Positions 28,757 to 37,424 of a stretch of 64,000 bases of DNA are shown here, one piece after another. Origin of the DNA: Parcubacteria group bacterium. GTDB lineage: Bacteria > Patescibacteriota > Patescibacteriia > Buchananbacterales > UBA6539. The translations under genes and the position numbers were made by a program. How positions within the stretch are numbered: position 1 is the stretch's first letter; each line of letters opens with the position of its first letter. A model generated the notes under the pieces. The model did no database searches, had not been told where the DNA came from, and saw only the letters and a list, made by a program, of their open reading frames with translations. The DNA lies in assembly GCA_002687175.1 (NCBI GenBank), contig NYZP01000001.1, positions 839 to 64,838 of the forward strand, written 5' to 3'.

Positions 28757-28795
28757 AACCCCTCACGGGGTAAACCCCTTTGAGGGTTACTGTTA
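28757..28795. repeat. GC-rich nested stem-loop (AACCCCTCAC-GGGG-taaa-CCCC-TTTGAGGGTT)
   Basis: Read directly. It lies in the intergenic region between the REC-gene upstream region and the tagA promoter. Confidence 0.45.
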
Positions 28796-28885
28796 AATAA
28801 ATTAACACTTTGATAACTTTGTCAAGTAAGCAGTTGCTAAAAACACTTAAAATAGTTAGAATAAAAGCATTGTAACTAAAATAAT

Positions 28886-29662
28886 ATGGCTAAAGTTGAT
28901 ATTCTGGGTGTTCAAATTGATAACCTGTCTTTACAGGAAGTTTTAGAAAATATCAAACAATTTTTGAATTCTCGAAATCAACACTTTATTGTGACCCCTA
29001 ATCCAGAATTTTTAGTGGCCGCCAATAAAGATCAAAACTTTAAACAGATCTTAAATTATGCCGATATTGCAGTGGCCGACGGTATTGGACTTATCAAAGC
29101 TGCCAAATTTTTAGGTAAGAGATTGCAACGAGTTACTGGGGTTGATCTGGTTTGGGCAATATCAGAACTGGCCGCTGAAAAAAAATATCCAATCTATTTT
29201 TTAGGGGCTGATGAAATGATTGCCGCCCAAACTGCTGAATTTTTAAAACAAGAGTTTAATAAACTAAAAATTGCCGGCGCGGAAAGTGGCGGCGAGATTA
29301 TTAACCCCCAAACCCCTGACCAAGACTTGATCAAACGTATTCAAGAAGCCAGACCCAAAATTTTGTTTGTTGCTTTTGGTCAGGTTAAGCAAGAAAAATG
29401 GATTTTTGCTAATTTAGATAAATTTCCATCAGTCAAACTGGCGGTGGGAGTTGGCGGTGCTTTTGACTATATCTCTGGTGAAGTTAGTCGAGCTCCAAAA
29501 TTTTTACGCCAAGCCGGACTAGAATGGCTCTGGCGGTTAATTCAACAGCCTGCTAGATGGCGACGAATAATTAATGCTGTAATTATTTTCCCTTTATTAA
29601 TCCTGTTTCGAAAATATTTTCCGGAAAAGATGCCGGAAAATACCAACGAAGACACTGAATAA
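28886..29662 (+). CDS. WecB/TagA/CpsF-family glycosyltransferase (GT26)
   Basis: FIVTPNPEFLV ... ADIAVADGIGL ... FLGA...ILFVAFGQVKQEKW is the TagA/WecG pattern. Confidence 0.75.
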   Translation: MAKVDILGVQIDNLSLQEVLENIKQFLNSRNQHFIVTPNPEFLVAANKDQNFKQILNYADIAVADGIGLIKAAKFLGKRLQRVTGVDLVWAISELAAEKKYPIYFLGADEMIAAQTAEFLKQEFNKLKIAGAESGGEIINPQTPDQDLIKRIQEARPKILFVAFGQVKQEKWIFANLDKFPSVKLAVGVGGAFDYISGEVSRAPKFLRQAGLEWLWRLIQQPARWRRIINAVIIFPLLILFRKYFPEKMPENTNEDTE

Positions 29663-29671
29663 TAAAAAATA

Positions 29672-31090
29672 ATGTCTAAAAAAATTGTAACTCGTTTTGC
29701 TCCCAGTCCAACTGGTTTTTTACACGTCGGTAGTTTACGAACTGCCATGTATAATTTCCTTTTTGCTAAAGCCAACAAAGGAGATTTTTTATTACGGATT
29801 GAAGACACCGACCAAACCAGAAAAGTTAAAGGCGCTCAAGAAAGTTTACTAAAATCTCTAGAACAATTTAATCTAGACTGGGATAATAAAAAAATTATGG
29901 TCCAGTCAGAACGGCTGAAAGATTATCAAGCCGCAGCTGAGAAACTGGTCAAAGAAAAAAAAGCTTACAACTGTTTTTGTTCTAAAGAACGTTTAGATAA
30001 TTTACGGAAAGTCCGACAGCAAAAAGGTTTGCCACCAATGTACGATGGACATTGCACCAATTTACCAGACAAAGAAATTGACTTAACCAAAGACCACGTT
30101 ATTAGATTTAAAATGCCCAACTCTGGCCAAACTAAGTTTAATGATTTAATAAGAAATAAAGTTATTTTTGATAACAAACTTTTAGATGATCCAGTTATCT
30201 TAAAGTCAGATGGTTTTCCTACTTACCATTTAGCCTCGGTGGTTGATGATCATGAAATGAAAGTCAGCCATGTTATCAGAGGAGAGGAATGGCTGCCATC
30301 AACTCCTAAACATATTTTATTACACGAAGCCCTTGATTTTAAGGCACCAGAATTTGCCCATTTACCACTGCTGCTAAACGCAGACCGATCAAAGTTGTCT
30401 AAACGACAGGGTGATGTGGCAGTTGAAGACTTTTTAAAACAAGGTTACCTTGAAGAAGCTTTACTTAACTTTGTCTTACTGCTTGGCTGGAATCCAGGGA
30501 CTGATCAAGAAATTTTTAGTTTAGAAGAAATGATAAAAAGCTTTGATCTAAAAAAAGTTCACAAAGGTGGAGCGCTGTTTAATACCCAAAAGCTTGATTG
30601 GCTTAATGGAGAGTATATTAAACAAAAATCGTTACCAGAACTGACCAAACTCTGCCAACCATTTTTTGCAGCAGCTGGTATCAAAACTGACTTAAAACAA
30701 TTAGAAAAAGTGGTGGCCACTGAACAGCAAAGAATTAAAAAATTAAGTGATATTGTCGAGGGCAGTGAATTTTTCTTTAAGATGCCTAGCTACGATTCTA
30801 AACTACTTATTTGGAAAAAGGGGACTGTCAAAGATGCTACTGAGAATTTAAAGGTGTTATTAGAATTTTTAGATAACTTACCCGAAAACCAGTGGAATCA
30901 GCAAGATCTTGAAACGGCAATTAAAAAATTAATTGAAGAAAAAAAAATTGGAGTAGGGGATATGCTTTGGCCCATGCGGGTAGCCCTGACTGGCCGAAAA
31001 AATTCTCCCGGTCCATTTGAAGTGGCTGAAGCTTTAGGAAAAGAAGAAAGTTTAGCTAGAATTAAAAAAGCAATTGATTTATTAAGCTAA
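29672..31090 (+). CDS. gltX: glutamate--tRNA ligase
   Basis: HIGH-like motif (RFAPSPTGFLHVGSLRTAMYN) and KMSKS-like motif (KLSKRQG). Class I GluRS length. Confidence 0.9.
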   Translation: MSKKIVTRFAPSPTGFLHVGSLRTAMYNFLFAKANKGDFLLRIEDTDQTRKVKGAQESLLKSLEQFNLDWDNKKIMVQSERLKDYQAAAEKLVKEKKAYNCFCSKERLDNLRKVRQQKGLPPMYDGHCTNLPDKEIDLTKDHVIRFKMPNSGQTKFNDLIRNKVIFDNKLLDDPVILKSDGFPTYHLASVVDDHEMKVSHVIRGEEWLPSTPKHILLHEALDFKAPEFAHLPLLLNADRSKLSKRQGDVAVEDFLKQGYLEEALLNFVLLLGWNPGTDQEIFSLEEMIKSFDLKKVHKGGALFNTQKLDWLNGEYIKQKSLPELTKLCQPFFAAAGIKTDLKQLEKVVATEQQRIKKLSDIVEGSEFFFKMPSYDSKLLIWKKGTVKDATENLKVLLEFLDNLPENQWNQQDLETAIKKLIEEKKIGVGDMLWPMRVALTGRKNSPGPFEVAEALGKEESLARIKKAIDLLS

Positions 31091-31101
31091 ATTCGAATAG
31101 G

Positions 31102-31131
31102 GCATAACCAGGTTATGCGTGATTAATTTTT
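31102..31131 (+). terminator. terminator after gltX
   Basis: GCATAACC-a-GGTTATGC hairpin followed by a T-rich run. Confidence 0.5.
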
Positions 31132-31330
31132 AAAAATAAACTTGGTATTTTAGCTAAAAATAGATGGGTTCGTATAACCACTGTTATACGGCTCCACTTC
31201 GTTCCGCATACACTCTGTTTTCGTTTATGTGATAGTCCCTCCTGACGTCGGGACAATTATATCACAACTCTCAAACAGAGCGTCGTATAGCAAGGTACGT
31301 TGTGAGTACATATAGCTTGCTATTTGAAAT

Positions 31331-31358
31331 AAAAAAAGGCCGACTAATTTAGCCGGCT
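31331..31358 (-). terminator. terminator of - strand cassette gene
   Basis: On the - strand, GCCGGCTAA-at-TTAGTCGGC (one G.U pair) followed by TTTTTTT. Confidence 0.55.
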
Positions 31359-31652
31359 ACAACAAAGATCAAGGATAGTTCGTCGTTGCCAAGAACGCAT
31401 TCCTAAAAACTGATCACAAACTCTACAGAATTCTCCACCCCCCGTCGAAGAATCATGCCGGGGATGACTACAGGCATCTTGAAGTATGGCTAGTTTCTCG
31501 GTAAGGGGTCCCTTCTCCTCACGAAGTGACGTCTTCTTTTCCTTAGGTATTCCCTCCTCACTCAAGACAGCTTCAATTTGAGCTAGTCTAGTGGTGATGT
31601 TGGGAATTTCGTGTTCTACCTCTGCCATTGTTATTCTTTCTTCTTTAACCAT
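31344..31652 (-). CDS. hypothetical Cys-rich protein (102 aa) in GC-rich cassette
   Basis: On the - strand, TTGACA-17-TAGTAT promoter and AGGGAG SD 9 nt before the ATG. The C-terminal region CSHPRH...CRVCDQ...CCSRL is a putative metal-binding site. About 50% GC. Confidence 0.45.
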   Translation of the reverse strand: MVKEERITMAEVEHEIPNITTRLAQIEAVLSEEGIPKEKKTSLREEKGPLTEKLAILQDACSHPRHDSSTGGGEFCRVCDQFLGMRSWQRRTILDLCCSRLN

Positions 31653-31858
31653 GGCAAAATACTCCCTAGCTGTTCACTTACATTTACATTGTTAAATACT
31701 AAACATTATTAATAAAATTGTCAACATTAAAAAAATGAAGGTCAAGTCATACGTCTCACAACACCAGTTATCTGGTTCGCTCTCCCTCTCGCTGACGCTC
31801 TAGGTCGACCCAAATCTCTACCTTAAAATATAGTTCTGACCGTGTTATAATACAATAG

Positions 31859-33274
31859 ATGTTAAAAACAAAAAATAAAAATGAGGATACCCTGAGATCC
31901 CGGATCAAGTCCGGGATGACATCCCAGGGTGACGAATGGAAAAGAGTATTAGTTAACTTACTAATAATTAGCTTTGTGATGGCTAATTTTTTTGTTGCTC
32001 CCTTGCAAGCTCAGGAAGGTTATGACATCACGGAAATTGAAGAAAATACCGAGTCGGAAAAGACTGCCGAAGAACTGGCCGAAGAACAAAGGTTAAAAGA
32101 TGAAGCTACCAAAAAAAAGAGAGAAGAAGAAATAAAATTGGCTGAATTAAACAAAAACATCAGTAATAAAAGAGATGCTATTAATACTTTACAAAAAGAG
32201 ATTGATGCCTACGCCGTACAAATAAAAGATAAGCAAGGTGAAGCTAGGGGACTGCGCAATCAAATTGCTATTTTGGATAACCAAATTGCCAAAGTAAATT
32301 TGGATATTGAATCAACTGAGCTTAAAATTGACCAAACCAATTTAGAAATCCAAACATTAAATATTGAAATTGAAAATGTTGAAGCCGAAGTAACCATCAA
32401 TAAAGTACGGCTAGCAGAATTTATTCGCTTGATTTATAAAAATGATCAAGTCAGTTATTTGGAAGTTATCTTAACTAATGAATCTTTTTCTGATTTTTTT
32501 GATCAAATAAAATACACCGAGGAAATTCACACCGACATTAAGTCAAGTTTAACCAAATTAAAAAATAGCAAACAAGACCTTGAAACTCAAAGAACTAACT
32601 GGGAAGAAAAAGCTCAGCTGGAAGAGGATTTAAAAAACGAACTCCAACAAAATATTGATGGTTTGGATGAAAAAAATACCGCCCAAGAAATTTTGCTGGT
32701 TCAGGCCAGACTAACTGAACGACAATATCAAAATTTTCAATACCAGCTACAGCTAGAACAACAACAAATTAATTCAGATATAATTAATTTGGAAAAAGAG
32801 GTTCGAGAAAAATTGGAAGCCAGGGAGTTTGCTGAACGATTTAGTGGTTTTGGTCCAGCTCGTTTGGCCTGGCCAGTTAACCCTAGCCGTGGTATTACTG
32901 CTTTTTTCCATGATCCTGATTATCCCTTCCGCTATATTTTTGAACATCCAGCCATAGATATTCGAGCTTATCAGGGTACCACCATTCAAGCACCGGAAAA
33001 TGGTTATGTCGCCAGAGTTAAATTTCGTGGTGACACCAGCTATGCTTACGTAATGTTGATTCATAATGACGGACTATCAACAGTGTTCGGGCATGTCTCA
33101 TCGGTGTTAGTTAATCAAGACGAATATGTTACTAAAGGCCAAACCGTAGCTTTAACTGGTGGTATGCCGGGAACCAACGGAGCTGGTAATTTAAGTACCG
33201 GACCACATCTTCATTTTGAAGTTAGATTCAACGGCATTCCAGTTAACCCGTTAGAATATTTACCACCATTTTAA
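31859..33274 (+). CDS. M23 family metallopeptidase with N-terminal anchor and long coiled-coil (EnvC/LytM-like murein hydrolase)
   Basis: The C-terminal domain has HxxxD and HLHFE motifs (FEHPAIDIRA...GPHLHFEVRFNG). The central ~250 aa are heptad-like with Q/E/K/L repeats. A likelier start is ATG 31917 (MTSQGDEWKRVLVNLLIISFV...), after a GC-rich 5' hairpin. Confidence 0.8.
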   Translation: MLKTKNKNEDTLRSRIKSGMTSQGDEWKRVLVNLLIISFVMANFFVAPLQAQEGYDITEIEENTESEKTAEELAEEQRLKDEATKKKREEEIKLAELNKNISNKRDAINTLQKEIDAYAVQIKDKQGEARGLRNQIAILDNQIAKVNLDIESTELKIDQTNLEIQTLNIEIENVEAEVTINKVRLAEFIRLIYKNDQVSYLEVILTNESFSDFFDQIKYTEEIHTDIKSSLTKLKNSKQDLETQRTNWEEKAQLEEDLKNELQQNIDGLDEKNTAQEILLVQARLTERQYQNFQYQLQLEQQQINSDIINLEKEVREKLEAREFAERFSGFGPARLAWPVNPSRGITAFFHDPDYPFRYIFEHPAIDIRAYQGTTIQAPENGYVARVKFRGDTSYAYVMLIHNDGLSTVFGHVSSVLVNQDEYVTKGQTVALTGGMPGTNGAGNLSTGPHLHFEVRFNGIPVNPLEYLPPF

Positions 33275-33276
33275 TT

Positions 33277-34059
33277 ATGCCAACTATTCAAGAAAGGATT
33301 ACGGCACTGGTTATTTGGTTAATTGTAGTCTTGGCTACCTTTCTTTATGCTCGCTATTACTACCACTTAAAAACAGTTGGCGAAATTATATTGGCTCTTT
33401 CACCAGCAATAATATTCTTTACTGGCGGAATTTTAATTTTTAGTCGAGATCGAAAAAAAATCAAACGAGCTAAACAAAAAAATGAGCTCAAACGTACTGT
33501 TGAGCTGGAATGGGGTCAAGTCATAAAACACGATGCTTTAACTTACTTAACTCCAGTTATTATTTTGTCCATTCCTTTCTTTTTTGGTCAGCTACCCAAT
33601 ATTACAAGTGTCACTCAGGCCAGCGCCACCTTTCTGGCTTTATCATACTTAAAATTTATTTACTGGGGGGGGAATTGTAAAAATTTAGTAATAATAAAAA
33701 GGGTTGAAGGAGAGGGGGAGCTCCTTCAACCCTGTGAGGCGAACTCCACTCGTAAGCGGAGTCCAGAGGGAAAAACTATAAAGATCTATGTTAACACTCT
33801 AAATGAGTGTTGTTTAAGTTGGCCGGTGGGACTGTGGGGTGTATCCCACCGGCCAGGGGAGGGAAGGAGTTGGAGCCATGTATGGACATGCTCCAATCCT
33901 GGGGTCATACAACACACTGGCTTCCAAACCAGGGTGCAAAAAACAAATACGGCGCGGAGGGCCTCAGACCATTTACCATGTATACCAGCAAACGATTTGG
34001 GCCCTCCGCTGGAAGGAGATTACGCACAATGCGCGATAGCTACTAAGCGCCTACGCTAG
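33277..34059 (+). CDS. membrane protein; 3' ~360 nt of ORF run through a GC-rich structured element (C-terminal end uncertain)
   Basis: The first ~130 aa have 3-4 TM helices. After the G9 tract at 33664-33672 the frame stays open only through a GC-rich palindromic region, giving a compositionally aberrant tail (RPGEGRSWSHVWTCS...). Confidence 0.4.
   Translation: MPTIQERITALVIWLIVVLATFLYARYYYHLKTVGEIILALSPAIIFFTGGILIFSRDRKKIKRAKQKNELKRTVELEWGQVIKHDALTYLTPVIILSIPFFFGQLPNITSVTQASATFLALSYLKFIYWGGNCKNLVIIKRVEGEGELLQPCEANSTRKRSPEGKTIKIYVNTLNECCLSWPVGLWGVSHRPGEGRSWSHVWTCSNPGVIQHTGFQTRVQKTNTARRASDHLPCIPANDLGPPLEGDYAQCAIATKRLR
33664..33672. repeat. G9 homopolymer tract
   Basis: Read directly (tactGGGGGGGGGaatt). 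Both alternative frames hit a stop within 8 codons. Confidence 0.9.
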
Positions 34060-34060
34060 A
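33701..34060 (+). other. GC-rich highly structured element (candidate structured ncRNA or mobile palindromic insert)
   Basis: Perfect stems: GGGTTGAAGGAG/CTCCTTCAACCC (12 bp), GGCCGGTGGGA/TCCCACCGGCC (11 bp) and GCGGAGGGCC/GGCCCTCCGC (10 bp). Additional hairpins AACACTC/GAGTGTT and TTGGAGC..GCTCCAA. Strong terminator 160 nt downstream. Confidence 0.35.
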
Positions 34061-34217
34061 GGAGCTCAACGCCTATAAGGGGACGGAGCTCACTCAAACA
34101 TTGTACGATATCAACCATTATGCTAACAAATTTTTAAAAAAATGTCAACCCCTTAAAAACCTTGAATTAAAAGAAGAAATCAAGGATTTAAAAACTAAAA
34201 TTCAGCTAGAAGGTAAA

Positions 34218-34247
34218 AGGCTTCAGGAAAATTCCTGAAGCCTTTTT
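34218..34247. terminator. bidirectional rho-independent terminator
   Basis: AGGCTTCAGGAA-aatt-CCTGAAGCCT followed by TTTTT on +. The - strand reading is also followed by TTTT. Confidence 0.7.
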
Positions 34248-34249
34248 GG

Positions 34250-34501
34250 TTAGTAGGGGAGATTAGTACCAGCTTGATCAACAGCGATGTTGAGAATTGC
34301 GAGGATCTTAATGATCAACTCAATCAAACTAGCAGCAATCTCGGGGAGAAATAACTTCAGCACGACGATGATCATCGCTAGAGTTAATCCCGCAGATAAT
34401 GCATGAAACATATCGTGACATGTTATGAATAAACGGGGGACTATCATAGCCAGATGACCACTCTGGTTATCGTGAAGTTTTCTCCACATTTGTCCCACCA
34501 T
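34250..34501 (-). CDS. small membrane protein (83 aa)
   Basis: - strand TTGACA-17-CATAAT promoter upstream. Two predicted TM segments. About 45% GC. Terminator immediately downstream. Confidence 0.4.
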   Translation of the reverse strand: MVGQMWRKLHDNQSGHLAMIVPRLFITCHDMFHALSAGLTLAMIIVVLKLFLPEIAASLIELIIKILAILNIAVDQAGTNLPY

Positions 34502-34618
34502 AATTGGCCATAAAAATTTACCGCCAAGTAAAGTAGGACAAAGTGATTGTAAAGTACCAGCATTTAATTATGCTATATATTTTAAAACTTGTCAACCTTA
34601 TTTGCTAAACCAAAAACC

Positions 34619-34650
34619 AGCTCACTATCTCTGAGCTGGTTTTTTATGAC
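34619..34650. terminator. bidirectional terminator
   Basis: CCAGCTCA-ctatctc-TGAGCTGG followed by TTTTTT on +. There is also a T-run on -, directly after the stop of the 34656..35036 gene. Confidence 0.6.
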
Positions 34651-34655
34651 TTATT

Positions 34656-35036
34656 TTAGAGTATAAATCCAGCGTAAAGCAGAACAGCACCAAGGACAAT
34701 ATTACCAAAGGCGCTAATATTAAATATATTTTCAGTATTAAAATGCTTAACTAGATCATTAGAGAAGTCCGGTAGCAGTAAGTAGAGTACACCTTTTCCA
34801 ATTGCCAACCAACCAAAAATGGTAATGATAATTTCCCAGCCAGTCCAAATATTATGACTTAAAACTACCAACAACCCCAGAACTAAGCTCATCACCCCAC
34901 CAAATGTCATCATAAGTGGGTTTTTCTTTAAATCTTTTACTAAATCTTGATAATGCTTTTTGTTAACCAGTAATGACAGACCCATGATAACCATATAAAT
35001 GCCCATCAGTTTGGCTAAAAAAATTGAAACCTCCAT
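34656..35036 (-). CDS. membrane protein (4 TM, 126 aa)
   Basis: ORF-track entry, strongly hydrophobic with 4 predicted helices. Confidence 0.5.
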   Translation of the reverse strand: MEVSIFLAKLMGIYMVIMGLSLLVNKKHYQDLVKDLKKNPLMMTFGGVMSLVLGLLVVLSHNIWTGWEIIITIFGWLAIGKGVLYLLLPDFSNDLVKHFNTENIFNISAFGNIVLGAVLLYAGFIL

Positions 35037-35680
35037 ATTTTTTTATTTTAAAAATTAATTGACTCTTATATTATAACATTTAAATGGAAAAATATAAACA
35101 ACTATTAAATCCTTATTGGCAAAATTTTATTTAGTGTCTAAAACAGTAGCATCAGATCCCGGAGTAGGGGAAGTAGTACTAGAATTTGTTAAATTATTAA
35201 CTTTACCGTTTATAATAATAAAAAACGTACTTATTAGAATAAAAAATATTATTATTACTAAACTTTTTTTTGTCATGGTTAATTTAATCTTTATTTTTAA
35301 GAGAGAGGAGTAGTGAAAAGTTTTGTTTTAACTATATTTTTAAAATACATAGCGTCGCACAATAAAGATTAAGCGACACAAGAGGGATAAATAGTTATCC
35401 ACATTAATACATTTATAGTAATAATGGTTAAATAAGCTTTATAACCTGCGGTATACTTTAAATAACTATCATTTAATTGAATGTCCGTTATTGTCCAGAA
35501 AAAATAATTTAAAAAAATTTAATTTTGCCAAATTCATTTATAACTATTAATTACAAACTAAATTGTAACGTTATAAAAAATAATTTGTGACCATTAGTAC
35601 TCAAAACTTACTGCTAAACGCCACTCTCTCTTCCCTCTTGACACTTCCCTACCCTTAATATTTTACGACGCATAATATTT

Positions 35681-36583
35681 TTATTTATGTTCCCCACAAA
35701 GGTTATTAGCTTCTTCAATAATTTTAGTTTTATTTTTTAGACCTAAACTGTTAAGTCTTTTATCCTTACTCACTAACTGCGAGCACATAATAACTTGTTT
35801 TTTTAATAGCTGCTTCTTTTGATATTCATTTAAGCTAAGTAATGCCGTAACCGGATATAAACCTTGATGATGAACCATCCCCTGCAAACTCTTTTGGTTA
35901 TCAGGATACGACCAAGCAATAACTTTAATTCCAACACATTTACAATAATGAATAGCATTGGAAGTCATTTCCGTGTTAGTTACCAGCCAACTCTCTAATT
36001 TGGCATTTTTGGGTTTAGCGCCTTTTTTTACCTTTCGTTGCCATTGATCTTGAATATCTAAAAACCGACCATAAGTATACAGGGCATCCTTACTGCCAGT
36101 CTTGCGACCAGGACGAGAATGAAACTTAGCTTCGATAATAGCATGGATCCCCTCCTTCGGCTTTTCAGCTATTAAATCAACCTCATGAGAAATACATTTA
36201 CCTTGAACAATAACATTAGTTTTAACTTTATAATCTAAATGTCGTAACAACTCTGCAAAATACTTCTCGAAGGGAAAGCCATCTGGTCCCAAACGCATTA
36301 TCGCCTTTTTTAAATTATACCGAGCAGCAAATGACTGATTAGCCGACTTTAACATACCAAAAGCTAACTGATGAATTTTAGCAGTACTAACACCTTGATC
36401 TATATGGGACTTAATTTTTCCAATAATATCATCAATCAATTTGGTAGAGGCCCCCGAATCAATCATTGACTTTCTGAGTTTAGAAACGGAAAATGGTTCT
36501 TTATTACCCTCAGCTTTAGTTACTAATACTTTTTTAAACATAAAATTATTTAAAGAATACCTTTTCACCAAAACGTAAATCAA
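35681..36583 (-). CDS. ATP-cone domain protein fused to restriction-endonuclease-like (Mrr-cat/PD-(D/E)xK-like) domain
   Basis: The N-terminus (KVLVTKAEGNKEPFSVSKLRKSMIDSGAS) is ATP-cone-like. The central EVDLIAEK...HAIIEAKF resembles a PD-(D/E)xK nuclease core. Confidence 0.5.
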   Translation of the reverse strand: MIYVLVKRYSLNNFMFKKVLVTKAEGNKEPFSVSKLRKSMIDSGASTKLIDDIIGKIKSHIDQGVSTAKIHQLAFGMLKSANQSFAARYNLKKAIMRLGPDGFPFEKYFAELLRHLDYKVKTNVIVQGKCISHEVDLIAEKPKEGIHAIIEAKFHSRPGRKTGSKDALYTYGRFLDIQDQWQRKVKKGAKPKNAKLESWLVTNTEMTSNAIHYCKCVGIKVIAWSYPDNQKSLQGMVHHQGLYPVTALLSLNEYQKKQLLKKQVIMCSQLVSKDKRLNSLGLKNKTKIIEEANNLCGEHK

Positions 36584-37424
36584 TATATTCTAACTCTGAA
36601 GGATTCTTAACTTTTTCTCGTAATATATTAAGTAGTAATGTAGTTTGTTCATTGGCTGATCTATCAAGACGAAAACGTGCCTCCCAACCAGTCTCAGTAA
36701 TTAAAATAATCTCTTGTGGATGATCATTAGTAATATAGTTAAGGATTTTAAAATTAGCACGATCTTTTATCTCGTTGGTCAGTTCTACGATAAACTCAAC
36801 TTGTTTTGCTGATAAAACGTTCTGTCCAATTACTACTTCTTTATTCAAATGATGATGAATAATAGGATACTTACCACTACTTGATTCTGGTCTAATTAAT
36901 GTTGTCTCCCCTTCACCAGGCTGAATAATTAAATCATTCTCGGTTGCTTCTTTAAGCACTACACCATCTAAACCGATAAAATACCGCTTATCACTACTGA
37001 CCCAGACTAGATTAGCTATTTTTTCAGCTATAACAATTTCCAAACTATCAGGATAATTCTTGTTTATGCTAACGTTATCAAATGAGAGTGAATCCTCTAG
37101 CAAATTTTTCAAAGTACTTTTTTTAAGGAAAAGTAAATTATTTTGGCTAAAAAATAAAAATCTTCTTTTAGCTGTTTGCATGTCAACAATTTGTAAAATA
37201 TCATGCTGACTGATACTACTATTCCCTTTAACAGTAATATTCTCCAGCTGAAGTAAGCTGCTGGAGTTTAACAAATAAGATCCAATAATTATTAAAATAA
37301 TTAAAAATAATCTACGATATTTAAATCTCTTGGTTTTTTCAACTTTTTCTTTTTTGGGAAAAAAGGGATTCCTAAAATTCTTTTTCTGATAGTCTCTTTT
37401 TTGTCTCATAATTAACGATACCAA
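36546..37424 (-). CDS. ftsQ: cell division protein FtsQ/DivIB (POTRA)
   Basis: N-terminal basic region, a single TM, then the POTRA-like LENITVKGNSSISQHDILQIV. Located immediately downstream of ddl. Confidence 0.7.
   Translation of the reverse strand: MVSLIMRQKRDYQKKNFRNPFFPKKEKVEKTKRFKYRRLFLIILIIIGSYLLNSSSLLQLENITVKGNSSISQHDILQIVDMQTAKRRFLFFSQNNLLFLKKSTLKNLLEDSLSFDNVSINKNYPDSLEIVIAEKIANLVWVSSDKRYFIGLDGVVLKEATENDLIIQPGEGETTLIRPESSSGKYPIIHHHLNKEVVIGQNVLSAKQVEFIVELTNEIKDRANFKILNYITNDHPQEIILITETGWEARFRLDRSANEQTTLLLNILREKVKNPSELEYIDLRFGEKVFFK

Noticed and set aside
33807-34046. Nested track ORFs 33807..34046 and 33839..34039 inside the structured GC element
   Set aside because: They lie in alternative frames of the palindromic region with no start-site signals. 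They are artefacts of high GC.
33701-34060. Identity as RNase P RNA, tmRNA, SRP RNA or a group I/II intron
   Set aside because: The conserved cores were looked for and are absent: RNase P AGGAAAGUCCGGGCUCC / ACAGAAnCCGGCUUA, tmRNA 5' GGGG...tag ORF...T-arm-CCA, the SRP domain IV GGAA..AGCAGCC, and group II domain V. It is kept only as an unknown structured element.
35116-35313. 65-aa + strand ORF in the AT-rich 35.0-35.7 kb gap
   Set aside because: It is a low-complexity I/L/K/F-rich product of AT-rich sequence with no SD or promoter context. Probably non-coding.
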